Shown in pieces: positions 50,678-50,882 of a DNA stretch of 50,882 nt (its first letter is position 1; each line of letters begins with the position of its first letter). This DNA comes from Candidatus Geothermincola secundus (GTDB lineage: Bacteria; Actinomycetota; Geothermincolia; Geothermincolales; Geothermincolaceae), in assembly GCA_015711755.1 (NCBI GenBank), contig JACVIY010000001.1, positions 1 to 50,882 of the forward strand, read 5' to 3'. The position numbers and the translations under genes are program-made. A model generated the notes under the pieces. It did no database searches, was not told the DNA's origin, and was given only the letters and a program-made list of their open reading frames with translations.

Positions 50678-50882
50678 CTTCAATTGGGGCCGAGCCCAAA
50701 CCTTCAACTTTTCTCAGCAAGACCCTGGATCTATATGAGCGCTTTTTGCCAGACATATTGGGGGTATTTCCTGCCGCCCCGGCATTACCTTAAGGGGGAG
50801 CGCAAGGAAGACGGCCGGGTACAGCCATGACTTCAATTGGGGCCGAGCCCAAACCTTCAACTTTTCTCAGCAAGACCCTGGA
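50603..50882 (+). repeat. Exact 127-nt direct repeat (50603-50729 = 50756-50882) with a 153-nt period, running to the window end.
   Basis: Base-by-base identity holds across the repeat, and the flanking bases differ (50602 g versus 50755 a). Each copy contains the last 25 codons plus the stop of the 49940 gene and one copy of the 39-nt motif (50677-50713 and 50830-50866). The spacer is 26 nt (50730-50755). Confidence 0.95.

Noticed and set aside
1-50882. The terminal repeats could be evidence for a circular element such as a plasmid or phage.
   Set aside because: The first 127 nt match an internal site near the start, and the last 127 nt match an internal site near the end. The two termini do not match each other, and no replication, partition, integrase or phage genes were seen.
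1-50882. I looked for tRNA, rRNA and tmRNA genes and for transposase or integrase genes.
   Set aside because: I found no T-arm GGTTCGAATCC-like signatures in intergenic gaps, no rRNA-like conserved blocks, and no DDE or tyrosine-recombinase-like ORFs. This was a by-eye scan only, so small RNAs could have been missed.

Overview
This is a high-GC bacterial contig. It shows GGAGG-type RBSs, frequent GTG/TTG starts, 1-8 nt gene overlaps and two apparent leaderless promoters. The gene content suggests an anaerobic Actinomycetota-like organism, but that is inference only. I support about 46 protein-coding genes and found no tRNA, rRNA, convincing CRISPR array or transposase.

Recognisable blocks:
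- A complete nickel-pincer cofactor/lactate-racemase cluster (larA, then a TIGR00725/SLOG-like gene, larC, larB, larE).
- A PadR regulator with a textbook promoter and palindromic operator, plus myo-inositol-1-phosphate synthase.
- uppS.
- A class II aldolase, ECF sigma and anti-sigma operon.
- CoA-transferase A/B and orphan hypA-hypB.
- A class III PHA synthase locus (phasin-like gene, phaE, phaC).
- An acyl-CoA synthetase.
- A six-gene acyl-CoA dehydrogenase, thiolase, DUF35 and gamma-CA operon.
- iorA-iorB followed by a glucosyl-3-phosphoglycerate synthase/phosphatase-like pair.

The most unusual content is a family of four Sec-type secreted proteins that all carry the same ~105-aa module. 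Its motifs are [FWY][YF][FL]AEGYTGPGF..WL.[LI].NP ... SR.T..VN ... AERPMYF ... GGH. Every complete member has a cassette of exactly four tandem copies, attached to unrelated heads: a 7-bladed PD40-like propeller, an S8 protease, and a two-domain glycoside-hydrolase-like protein in which the cassette is internal. The cassettes are collinear between genes, so repeat n resembles repeat n. I cannot name the module from memory, and I propose it as an uncharacterised envelope-anchoring or stalk cassette.

Other notable items:
- An 87-aa protein made only of AAKKP/AAKP repeats.
- A basic histone-like tail on PhaC.
- A 39-nt dispersed intergenic palindromic motif.
- A two-copy 38-bp hairpin repeat.
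- Exact 127-nt repeats at both window termini, which look like unresolved tandem repeats or an assembler k-mer signature.

Many long antisense ORFs in the six-frame track are GC-driven shadows and were rejected.
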